Below, one piece after another: positions 25,322 through 33,743 of a stretch of 64,000 bases of DNA (its first letter is position 1; each line of letters opens with the position of its first letter). This stretch comes from an uncultured Anaerolineales bacterium. GTDB lineage: Bacteria > Chloroflexota > Anaerolineae > Anaerolineales > UBA11858. Where the stretch lies: contig CAZOUN010000001.1 of the NCBI GenBank assembly GCA_964582965.1, forward strand, positions 4,745-68,744, written 5' to 3'. The notes beneath the pieces are model-generated. The model did no database searches. It was given only the letters and a program-made list of their open reading frames with translations, and was not told where the DNA came from. Position numbers and translations under genes: made by a program.

Positions 25322-26731
25322 ATGAATTATCAAAGAATGTTAGAAACTCTTGATAAAGCCGAAACCGGTCCCATTCTCGAGGAAAAGGATTTTGATAAAA
25401 AGCAGATAGGAGCCGCGATCCAGGAAATCGTCAAGAGATTCGATATCTCTTGGCCAAAAGACATTATGGTTCCTTCAGATGACCAACTCGCCGACCGCTT
25501 ATTTGAAGCGGGGTTGACTCTTGCCGAAGAAAGTGGACTGTTCTGCGTGGATACTGGGCGGCATATGACCTGGACACGCAATGAACTGCTGGATAGATTG
25601 GGAAATATTCCATCTCGAATAACGCTTGGTACTGGCGACGATGAAGTGACTATTAAAAGGCGTTTGCCTGATGAAAATTCGCGAATTGTGGTCAGCGGGG
25701 GAGCATATGGTGTCCCCGTGCCCGAAGATCTCTATCTGCCAGTTATGCTAAGTTATGCTCAAGAACCCAGCCTAGATTTCATTGAAGGACCAATGTTAAC
25801 AACAACTCATGGACGGCCGCCTCGTGCTAACTCACCCTGGGAATCCGTTTGGTGCTGGCAGGAGAAGGATCTTGCGCTGGAAGCAGCTCGACGAGCCGGA
25901 AGACCGGGCATTGCTATTGGGACTGCGGTAGGCTCAGCAAGCGAACTCGGTGAATTGTCAACCATGACTTGTGGTGGATTTAGGACAACTGATAAACACC
26001 ATCTGGTATTTACCAGTGAATTGAAAGTTAACTATGCAGAGCTGACCAAGGCTGTTCATTTTATGCACACGGGTGCAAAAGTACTGGGATACTATAATCC
26101 TATCTTTGGTGGATATGGAGGCGGTGTTGAAGGAATGGCTATCCTGATGGTTGCAGGCCAGATTCTGCTTGATGCCTGTTTCTATACATCAATAGTTAAT
26201 GCTGGACCCGGGCATGCTCATCTCAGTTGTAATAGTTATCCAGCAATGTTATCTGGCCAAGCGCTAGCTTTCCAAGCCTTAAGCCGTAATACGAACTTGC
26301 TGTTTTCGTCTTTCCTTAGACCAACTGCTGGCCCTTGTGTGCCCCACATATTTGATGAGATCGCTGCCATTGTCATAGCTTCAGCGCCATCCGGAATCTC
26401 TTTTATCGAAGGTGTGCATACCGCTACTGGACGATTTGAAAGTCATTGTTCTGGACTTGAAGCGCGTTTCATGGCGGATATCACACATGCTGCTGAAAAA
26501 CTAACCCGGCTTGACGCTGATGGTGTGGTTAAGAAAATTGTGGAGAAGTATGAAGATAAGCATAGAACGATCCAAAAGGGGAAGTCATTTTCTCAATGTT
26601 ACGATCTGGAGTCTTTGAAGCCTACGCCAGAATGGCAAGGGATGTATGAGGATGCTTGCATGGAGATGGAAAAAGAATACGGCCTGATTATTTCTAATCC
26701 CCCCCGTGAACATAACGTTGATAACAAATAA
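25322..26731 (+). CDS. MtmB-family methyltransferase, non-pyrrolysine (paralog 7, class A)
   Basis: Starts 2 nt after the 2Fe-2S subunit stop. Motifs VPSDDQLADRLFEAG, GTGDDEV, GRPGIAIG, IFGGYGGGVEG, NAGPGHAHLSC, C-terminal FSQCYDLESLKPTPEWQGMYEDA. Confidence 0.88.
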   Translation: MNYQRMLETLDKAETGPILEEKDFDKKQIGAAIQEIVKRFDISWPKDIMVPSDDQLADRLFEAGLTLAEESGLFCVDTGRHMTWTRNELLDRLGNIPSRITLGTGDDEVTIKRRLPDENSRIVVSGGAYGVPVPEDLYLPVMLSYAQEPSLDFIEGPMLTTTHGRPPRANSPWESVWCWQEKDLALEAARRAGRPGIAIGTAVGSASELGELSTMTCGGFRTTDKHHLVFTSELKVNYAELTKAVHFMHTGAKVLGYYNPIFGGYGGGVEGMAILMVAGQILLDACFYTSIVNAGPGHAHLSCNSYPAMLSGQALAFQALSRNTNLLFSSFLRPTAGPCVPHIFDEIAAIVIASAPSGISFIEGVHTATGRFESHCSGLEARFMADITHAAEKLTRLDADGVVKKIVEKYEDKHRTIQKGKSFSQCYDLESLKPTPEWQGMYEDACMEMEKEYGLIISNPPREHNVDNK

Positions 26732-26907
26732 GTCATACGGCGATCAGCGCTTTTTGGGGATCTTTTTATCAACCGTATTCAAATAAATGAAAATATATTG
26801 TTGGAGAAGAAAATAATGGTCAATAGAAATCGATTGATAAAGAAGCAACCGTTAGCCATTAATAGAATTGGTTCAGATGGATGCAGGACTGGGGAAGGAG
26901 GTAGCAA

Positions 26908-29178
26908 ATGACGCATAATGTGATTGGAAAACCATCCCCCAACCTAATCAATTATCAGATCCTGACCGGGGGTGCTCACTATTTGGACGATCTGAGCCTG
27001 GAAGGCACACTGGTTGGTAAATTACTTTACAGCCAGCATCCTTGTGCATTGATCAAAAAAATTGATATTGCTAAGGCCAAAAACCTGCCCGGTGTTGTCG
27101 CAGTACTTACCCATGAGGACATTCCCGGTGAGAACAGCTTCTTGCTGCAAACACCAGACCAGCCGGTCTTGATGTCGGACCGGGTGAATTACCTGGGAGA
27201 TGCGGTTGCGGCCGTAGCTGCCGAAACAGAAGAAGCTGCCCAGGCAGCCCTTGCTGCCATTGAAGTGATTTATGAACCTCTGCCGGGTACTTACAATATC
27301 GAGGATTCCATGAATACGGATGCTTCCAAGGTATTGCCCGGTTACGAGAATATTATTCCAGCCAGCACGCACGAACAGGGTGATCTGGAGGCTGGTTTCC
27401 AAGAAGCGGATGTGATCATTGAAAACACGTACCAATCTCAGTTGATCGAACAAGCTTTTCTAGAACCTGAAGGAGCTTTGTCCTATATCGACCCGGAAGG
27501 GAATATGGTGGTATATGCATCTAATCAGGCCCCTAATCGGGACAGGATGCAGATTGCCCGCTCTTTGAATATGCCGGAGCATAAAGTCAGGGTAATCACA
27601 CCTTATGTCGGGGGAGCCTTTGGAGGTAAAGACGAAGTCCACGTCCAGATCCATGCCGCCTTGCTGACTCAGGCAACCGGTAGGCCGGTCCAGATTCTCA
27701 GGACTCGAGAGGAATCCATCCTTACCCACGTTAAACGTCACCCGATCACGGTCCATCACAAGCTGGGAGCAACAAAGGACGGTAAGATCACAGCAGTCAG
27801 CCTCAAGGCTATTGCAGATACAGGTCCTTATGTAAATGCAGGAATACATGTGATGTGGTTTGTTGGAACGGTTGCCAGTGGGCCTTATTATTTGCCCAAT
27901 GTGCGAGTTGAAACTCTTGCCGTAAGAACCAATAATCCGATTGGCGGAGCCATGCGCGGTTTTGGCGGACCTCAAGTCTGTCTGGCCCATGAGGGCCAGA
28001 TGGATGAATTGGCCAAGGCTCTGAACATGGATCCGGTTGAAATCCGCCGTATCAATGCCATCCAGAGCGGCCAGGTCACACCAAATGGAGGTATTGTCCG
28101 CAATGCGGATGCGGTCCCTGCCAGTATTGATGAAGCAGCTCGTATGATTGGCTGGGAGAAACGTGATCGAATCGACCGACAACCGGAGCCGCGCTTGAGA
28201 AGAGGCTGGGGAATGGCAGCGAGCTGGTTTGTGATTGGATTGGGAAGGGGACAGGATAACGCAGGCGCGATCGTTGAAATGGCTCCGGATGGCTCGGTTT
28301 TGATTCGGACCGGTGCTGTAGAAATGGGTCAGGGAGTGTTCACGACTCTGGGGGCTATGGTGGCCGAAAACCTGGGTATTGATCTGGGATCGATCAGGGT
28401 CATTGGCCCGGATACCGATATTACGCCGGATGCGATGCAAACCGCAGCCTCTAGGCAGACGTTCATGTCAGGAAATGCTGTCAATAAAGCTTCCCTGGTG
28501 ATCAGGAATAGCCTGCTGGAAACAGCCGCAGAGGAAACTGGCCTGCCGATAGAGATCCTGGATCTCAAGAGTGGACAGCTCCGGGCGGAAGGTGAGGAAT
28601 TATCAATTTCCATTCCGGAACTGGCTGCCAAGGCTACGGTTGCCAATCGCCCCATGTATGCCAATGGGTTTTATGTGATGGATTTCCCTGAAGAAAAAAC
28701 CAATGAAGGCACTTTTTATGCAGTTGGACCCTCAGCATTCGGCACCCAGATTGCGCAGGTCCTGGTGGATATTGAAACCGGGGAAGTGCAAATTGAGAAG
28801 CTAATAGCAGTCCAAAATGTTGGCAAGATTATCAATTACGGGGGCGCCTATGGTCAGATGGAAGGAGGCTGCGTGATGGGCATAGGCTATGCCCTGATGG
28901 AAGACCTGGTAGTTGAACAGGGAAAGACCCTGAATGATTCCCTGGAAAGCTACCTCATTCCAACCGTGATGGATATCCCGGATATTGAGATCAAATTACT
29001 AGAGATCCCCGAGCCCTTTGGTCCATTTGGTGCCGTGGGTATTGGTGAACCATCTATGATGGGAACTGCTCCAGCGATTGCCAATGCAGTGTCAGATGCA
29101 ATAGGAAAAAGGATGACCCAAATACCATTGACCCCGGAACGAGTCCTGGCGGCCATTGAAGGAGAAGACAATGAATAA
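26908..29178 (+). CDS. Molybdenum hydroxylase large (molybdopterin) subunit, xanthine dehydrogenase family, set 2
   Basis: 756 aa with GGAFGGKDE, GGAMRGFGGPQ, GIGEPSM. Clear paralog of 9878-12145. RBS GGAAGGAGG. Confidence 0.88.
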   Translation: MTHNVIGKPSPNLINYQILTGGAHYLDDLSLEGTLVGKLLYSQHPCALIKKIDIAKAKNLPGVVAVLTHEDIPGENSFLLQTPDQPVLMSDRVNYLGDAVAAVAAETEEAAQAALAAIEVIYEPLPGTYNIEDSMNTDASKVLPGYENIIPASTHEQGDLEAGFQEADVIIENTYQSQLIEQAFLEPEGALSYIDPEGNMVVYASNQAPNRDRMQIARSLNMPEHKVRVITPYVGGAFGGKDEVHVQIHAALLTQATGRPVQILRTREESILTHVKRHPITVHHKLGATKDGKITAVSLKAIADTGPYVNAGIHVMWFVGTVASGPYYLPNVRVETLAVRTNNPIGGAMRGFGGPQVCLAHEGQMDELAKALNMDPVEIRRINAIQSGQVTPNGGIVRNADAVPASIDEAARMIGWEKRDRIDRQPEPRLRRGWGMAASWFVIGLGRGQDNAGAIVEMAPDGSVLIRTGAVEMGQGVFTTLGAMVAENLGIDLGSIRVIGPDTDITPDAMQTAASRQTFMSGNAVNKASLVIRNSLLETAAEETGLPIEILDLKSGQLRAEGEELSISIPELAAKATVANRPMYANGFYVMDFPEEKTNEGTFYAVGPSAFGTQIAQVLVDIETGEVQIEKLIAVQNVGKIINYGGAYGQMEGGCVMGIGYALMEDLVVEQGKTLNDSLESYLIPTVMDIPDIEIKLLEIPEPFGPFGAVGIGEPSMMGTAPAIANAVSDAIGKRMTQIPLTPERVLAAIEGEDNE

Positions 29179-30544
29179 TCGTGGAAGGCTGCTGGAAGTA
29201 CTGAACAAGGCTGAAACTGGTCCTATTATTGACGAAAAGGAATTCGAAGCCAAACTTATCACACAGACAATTCGCAAACTTATTAAAAAGTATGATCTAA
29301 AGTTTGACAAATCCGTCTTGGTGCCAGCCAAAGACGAGTTGGCAGACCGTATCTTTCAGGCAGGTTTGGAATTTGCGGTTGAAGTGGGTATGTTCTGTCA
29401 GGACACCAGCCGCAGGATACTATGGACTGAAGGTGAATATCTCCGCGGTCTGGAAAGCTGTAGTGGGAAGGCTGTGATGGGTACAGGTAATGATACGGTT
29501 GAAATTATTGCCCGGACACCTGAATCGAATATAATTCCAACTTTTGTGGGCGGCCCCTTTGGTGTACCGGTTCCCGAGGATATGTTTGTTCCTATTATGC
29601 TGAGTTATGCCCAGGAACCACTGATCGATGTGATAGAAAATCCAACCATCGAAAAAGTATATGGTTATCCTGTTAAGGCCGATTCGCCCTGGGAAGTGTT
29701 GGGTGGCTGGCGAGAAGCTGAGCTTGCTTTTGAAACAATCAATCGAGCCGGACGGCCCGGTATGCCGATTGGCTGTATTGAAATTTCACCTACTGCCCTG
29801 GCCCAGATTTCTGCCGCCTCCTGGGGAGGTGTCCGTCCCAGCGACTGGCACCATGTCTCAGCGCCAAGTGAATTTAAAACAAATTACGACCTGCTTTCAA
29901 AGACAGCCCATATCACTCGAATCGGCGCTAACATGGAAGGCTACCTGAATATTATCTATGGCGGATTCCTGGGCGGTGCGGAAGGAGTGGCAATAGGTTT
30001 GGCCGCCGGCATGATCGTTGTCAACCAAAACTACATGGGCACGACCATCAGCGCCAGTTCGGCCCATCCCTTCCTGCACAGCGATGCGACCCCGGAATCT
30101 ATCTGGGCCCAGAGCCTGGCATTCCAGGCTATCTCACGCAATAGCAAAATGTTGACCGCTTCCCTCTGCAAACCAGCAGCAGGGCCAGGAACAAAGACGC
30201 TTCTCTATGAATGTGCGGCTTTTGTTTTGTCCGGCGTGGCTTCTGGTCTGGCCGTACCCCAAGCTGCTATGACAGCTACTGGAACAAACCGCTGCCATTG
30301 CAGTGGGTTGGAATCCCGTTTCAGTGCTGAGGTGTCCCGGGCGGCGGCAGGAATGAGCAGGGAACAGGTCGATGAGATTACCAAAAAACTAATGGCGATC
30401 TATGAAGACGATTTACCCAACAAGCCTGTGGGTAAACCATTCCAGGAAGTATATGATATGAAATCTCTCCAGCCAACAGCGGAGTGGAACGGTTTATACG
30501 AAGAAGTAAAAGAGGAATTAATGGGTATGGGAGTGCCCCTCTAA
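29171..30544 (+). CDS. MtmB-family methyltransferase, non-pyrrolysine (paralog 8, class B)
   Basis: GGAGAAG (29161) precedes ATG 29171. The start overlaps the large-subunit stop by 8 nt (ATGAATAA, 29171-29178). The N-terminus MNNRGRLLEVLNKAETGP aligns with paralog 6. Also GRPGMPIG, IYGGFLGGAEG, SSAHPFLHS. Confidence 0.88.
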   Translation: MNNRGRLLEVLNKAETGPIIDEKEFEAKLITQTIRKLIKKYDLKFDKSVLVPAKDELADRIFQAGLEFAVEVGMFCQDTSRRILWTEGEYLRGLESCSGKAVMGTGNDTVEIIARTPESNIIPTFVGGPFGVPVPEDMFVPIMLSYAQEPLIDVIENPTIEKVYGYPVKADSPWEVLGGWREAELAFETINRAGRPGMPIGCIEISPTALAQISAASWGGVRPSDWHHVSAPSEFKTNYDLLSKTAHITRIGANMEGYLNIIYGGFLGGAEGVAIGLAAGMIVVNQNYMGTTISASSAHPFLHSDATPESIWAQSLAFQAISRNSKMLTASLCKPAAGPGTKTLLYECAAFVLSGVASGLAVPQAAMTATGTNRCHCSGLESRFSAEVSRAAAGMSREQVDEITKKLMAIYEDDLPNKPVGKPFQEVYDMKSLQPTAEWNGLYEEVKEELMGMGVPL

Positions 30545-30637
30545 GCCAGGAAAAGTAAAAAATAAGCTTGTCAATGGGCCAAAAACACCCCCTTATATAA
30601 TAATTCTGGAATTTCAGGTGTTGTGAACGAAGCTTCG

Positions 30638-30666
30638 TTGACAGGAAACCGGGTTCGGGTTAAACT
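30638..30666 (+). promoter_or_regulatory. Candidate sigma70-type promoter in the 263-bp gap
   Basis: TTGACA (30638-30643), 17-nt spacer, TAAACT (30661-30666). A 14-bp palindrome, AACGAAGCTTCGTT (30626-30639), abuts the -35 element. Confidence 0.4.
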
Positions 30667-30807
30667 ATTAATGTCAGATGGCTGCCAAGTAAAGCATCAA
30701 AGATATTGATTTCGCCCAGCCCCGAGAAGAAACGAAAAATCTGACCTCAAGCTAAGAAGACCCCGGAAATTTCCGGGATAAAAAATTGCCCAGTCAGGAG
30801 AAATTTA

Positions 30808-32157
30808 ATGTCATCAATTCTTATCAAGAATGGCTATCTCGTTACCATGGACGCCTCGGATCGCAGGGGATATTTTGATATATATATCGAAGATAAATCC
30901 ATTAAGGAAATCGCCCCTGAAATCAACAAAAAGGCCGATAAAGTGATTGATGCCAAGGACCAGTTGATTCTGCCAGGATTTGTGCAGTCCCATACCCACC
31001 TCTGCCAGAGTCTTTTAAGAGGCCAGGCGGATGACCAGCCCCTGCTGGAATGGCTTGATACCATTACTGGTTTGGAGTTTCGGCATTCCCCGGAGACGTT
31101 GTATGCCTCGGCGCGGATTGGATTAGCAGAAATGATCAAATCGGGGACAACCTCGATCATTGACATGGGCACACTGCATCATCAGGACAGTGTCTTTGAA
31201 GCGATCCTTGAATCTGGGATGCGAGCCCAGGCGGGAAAGGCAATGATGGATCTAACCGAAAACCTGCCGCCGCTTTTACAGGAGACCACAGAAGATTCCA
31301 TAAATGAAAGTGTGGATTTGATGCATCGCTGGCATGGCAAAGCCGATGGCAGGATCCGCTATGGATTTGCTCCCCGCTGGCAGTTATGGAATACTACTGA
31401 GCTGCTGCAGGAGATCAAACAGGAAGCCGATAATCATCCCGGGGTGGGAATTCATGGCCATGCAGGCGAGATAGAGTTTGAGATCAAAGCCATGATCGAA
31501 CAGACCGGGTACAGGAACTTCGTTTATCTTGAGAAGATCGGTGTGGTTGGTCCCAATGTCCAAATGGCTCACTGCATTTGGCTGGATGAAGATGAATATC
31601 GGGTTATGGCTGAAACAGGATCCAACGCCCTGCATTGCCCCTGCTGCAACGCCAAACTTGGCTCCGGGATCGCCAAGGTGCCGGAAATGCTAGAGAAGGG
31701 TATCAATGTTTCCCTAGGTTCTGATGGAGCCCCCAGCAACAATAATATGGATATGTTCATTGAAATGCGCCTGGCATCGCTAGTTCATAAATACAGGCTG
31801 GGTGCTGAAAAATTACCCGCGGAAGATGTGCTGCGAATGGCTACTATGGGCGGCGCAAAATCACTTGGCATGCAAGATCAAATAGGCTCACTGGAAGAAG
31901 GTAAAATAGCTGATATCATCATTCTGGATGATGGCGGCTTGTATGCGGCGCCAATCCGAGATTTTGAGGAAGACAATATTGTCAAGCGTTTGGTATCTTC
32001 CTACCAATCGGCCAGCGTGCAGACCAGTATAATTGATGGCCAATTAGTGATGGAAGATCGCCAACTGCTTACTATGAAAGAAAATGAGATTCTCAGCGAT
32101 GGGAAAATTGCTCTTGCTGCTCTGTGGGCCAGGAAACGGGCGGCTGAAGTAAACTAA
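30808..32157 (+). CDS. Amidohydrolase, MtaD/AtzA/guanine-deaminase-like subfamily (copy 3)
   Basis: 449 aa with PGFVQSHTH, GIHGHAGEIE, MAHCIWLD, LGSDGAPSNNN. RBS CAGGAGA. Confidence 0.82.
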   Translation: MSSILIKNGYLVTMDASDRRGYFDIYIEDKSIKEIAPEINKKADKVIDAKDQLILPGFVQSHTHLCQSLLRGQADDQPLLEWLDTITGLEFRHSPETLYASARIGLAEMIKSGTTSIIDMGTLHHQDSVFEAILESGMRAQAGKAMMDLTENLPPLLQETTEDSINESVDLMHRWHGKADGRIRYGFAPRWQLWNTTELLQEIKQEADNHPGVGIHGHAGEIEFEIKAMIEQTGYRNFVYLEKIGVVGPNVQMAHCIWLDEDEYRVMAETGSNALHCPCCNAKLGSGIAKVPEMLEKGINVSLGSDGAPSNNNMDMFIEMRLASLVHKYRLGAEKLPAEDVLRMATMGGAKSLGMQDQIGSLEEGKIADIIILDDGGLYAAPIRDFEEDNIVKRLVSSYQSASVQTSIIDGQLVMEDRQLLTMKENEILSDGKIALAALWARKRAAEVN

Positions 32158-32194
32158 TCAACAATATTTATTTTTTTAGTAAAAGGAATGAAGC

Positions 32195-33049
32195 ATGGAA
32201 ACAATTGTCAAAAGTGAAACAAAAGAAGTTGTTATCAGTATTGATCGGCCGTTTGTGATCATCGGTGAAAAAATCAACCCGACTGGCCGGAAGAAATTGG
32301 CCGCGGCTCTGAAGGGTGGTGATTTTGAGTATGTAAAACAAATTGCTCTTCGGCAGGTTGCAGCGGGTGCAGATATCCTGGATGTGAATGTCGGTGTTCC
32401 CGGGGTGGATGAAGTTGACCTTCTGCCTAAAGTAGCAAAAATTGTTTCTGAAACAGTAGATGTCCCCCTTTGTCTTGATTCTGCCAACCGGGATGCACTG
32501 GCTGCTGCGCTGGCTGTGCTGCCTGGCCGACCCCTGGTAAATTCAGTGAATGGAGAAGAAGATTCAATGGAAGCAGTCCTTCCTGTGATCAAGGAATTTG
32601 GTGTGCCGGTCATCGCTTTGGTAATGCATGATGATGGCATTCCCAATGATGCAGATACCCGGGTTGCTGTGGCAGGAAAGATTATTGAACGAGCTGCCAA
32701 ACTGGGCATTCCTGCAGAAGATATTGTGGTTGATCCCCTGGTCCTCACAGTCGGTGCAGATAGCAGTTCCGGTGCAGTTACCCTGGAAACCGTCAGGCGT
32801 ATAAAAGAAGAATTTGCCGTGAATATGAACCTTGGTGCCAGCAACGTTTCCTTTGGCCTGCCGGATCGACACACCCTTAACCAGGCATTTTTAGCATTGG
32901 CGATTGGTGCTGGAGCGACCTGCGCCATTACAGATCCAATGAAATTGACCCCGATTATCCATGCCTCTGATTTGTTGATAGGCCGGGACAAATTTGGATC
33001 TCGATATATTGGGTACTGGCGAGATCACAAACCCGAAGAAGCAAAATAA
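32195..33049 (+). CDS. Pterin-binding methyltransferase (methyl-corrinoid:tetrahydrofolate type; MtrH/AcsE/MtgA-like)
   Basis: 284 aa with IGEKINPTG, ILDVNVG, LVNSVNGEE, VDPLVL, GASNVSFGLP. This is the motif series of the pterin-binding TIM-barrel fold. Confidence 0.85.
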   Translation: METIVKSETKEVVISIDRPFVIIGEKINPTGRKKLAAALKGGDFEYVKQIALRQVAAGADILDVNVGVPGVDEVDLLPKVAKIVSETVDVPLCLDSANRDALAAALAVLPGRPLVNSVNGEEDSMEAVLPVIKEFGVPVIALVMHDDGIPNDADTRVAVAGKIIERAAKLGIPAEDIVVDPLVLTVGADSSSGAVTLETVRRIKEEFAVNMNLGASNVSFGLPDRHTLNQAFLALAIGAGATCAITDPMKLTPIIHASDLLIGRDKFGSRYIGYWRDHKPEEAK

Positions 33050-33052
33050 TCT

Positions 33053-33739
33053 ATGAAGATATGGCGGGTTGAAGATTTAAACATAACTGTGGATGGCGTT
33101 CTGCGGGGGCAGGGCGCCGATCCTGATATCATCCGTTCCCGAAGTCCGCGGTTGGTTGCTGTTGCAGAAAAAGCCCTGGCCTCTGTGATCGATTTACTTG
33201 AACCAGAGGTCTTGGTTAAGGAATTCAAGGTTACTGGTTTCAAACATGACAGCCTAGAACTTGAGGGAGGAAAGAAAATATCTGGCCCGCTGGTCACTGG
33301 GCACCTGGTTGGCGCAAGTTATATCACAGTAGCTGTTTGTACTGTTGGCTCCAAGATCGATGGTTACGCTTCAGACGTCATGGATGATGATATTGTGTTG
33401 GGGTTAGCGGTGGATGGTGTTGGATCTGCCGCGGTGGAGTCACTGGCCAATGCGGTCTGTAGGCAGATCGAAATGAAGGCAGCGGCAGATGGATTTCAAA
33501 CAACCATTCCACTGAGCCCAGGTATGATAGGCTGGGGTGTTCAGGAAGGACAACCGCTGATTTTTGACCTGGTTGATCCGAATCAAATTGGAATGTCCCT
33601 GACCCCTTATCATCTGATGGTTCCCCGTAAATCTCTATCAATGATTATAGGTATTGGTGCAGGAATAAATTCAGGCGAGTGCATTTGTGATTATTGCGCC
33701 ATGCGTGAGACCTGCCGATACCAGGAGCATAACAAGTAA
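33053..33739 (+). CDS. MetH activation-domain-like protein (vitamin B12-dependent methionine synthase activation region family)
   Basis: 228 aa. LSPGMIGWGVQEGQPLIFDLV...IGMSLTPYHLMVPRKSLSMIIGIG matches the SPGYGDW...LMxPxKS pattern. C-terminal Cys cluster CICDYCAMRETC. Confidence 0.6.
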   Translation: MKIWRVEDLNITVDGVLRGQGADPDIIRSRSPRLVAVAEKALASVIDLLEPEVLVKEFKVTGFKHDSLELEGGKKISGPLVTGHLVGASYITVAVCTVGSKIDGYASDVMDDDIVLGLAVDGVGSAAVESLANAVCRQIEMKAAADGFQTTIPLSPGMIGWGVQEGQPLIFDLVDPNQIGMSLTPYHLMVPRKSLSMIIGIGAGINSGECICDYCAMRETCRYQEHNK

Positions 33740-33743
33740 ACCC

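Noticed and set aside
26817-26911. 31-codon upstream ORF (MVNRNRLIKKQPLAINRIGSDGCRTGEGGSK) whose TGA overlaps the ATG of large subunit 2
   Set aside because: It has no convincing RBS of its own and is not recognisable. The GGAAGGAGG inside it is the RBS for the large subunit. It is probably fortuitous.
27460-28440. 326-aa ORF on the minus strand
   Set aside because: It lies entirely antisense to the well-supported Mo large-subunit gene. Its composition is Arg/Ser/His/Cys-rich and low-complexity, with no recognisable motifs. It is a shadow ORF.
30590-30680. Purine-riboswitch-like start (UUAUAUAAU ... ACUAUUAAUG) in the 263-bp gap
   Set aside because: The P2/P3 helices and the conserved loop and junction nucleotides of purine riboswitches (UAUGG loop, UUUCUACC, CCGUAAA) are absent. 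I also saw no B12-box for a cobalamin riboswitch in this or the other leaders.
32176-32991. 271-aa ORF on the minus strand
   Set aside because: It is antisense to the pterin-binding methyltransferase. Its composition is Ala/Ser/Thr/Arg-rich, typical of a shadow ORF.
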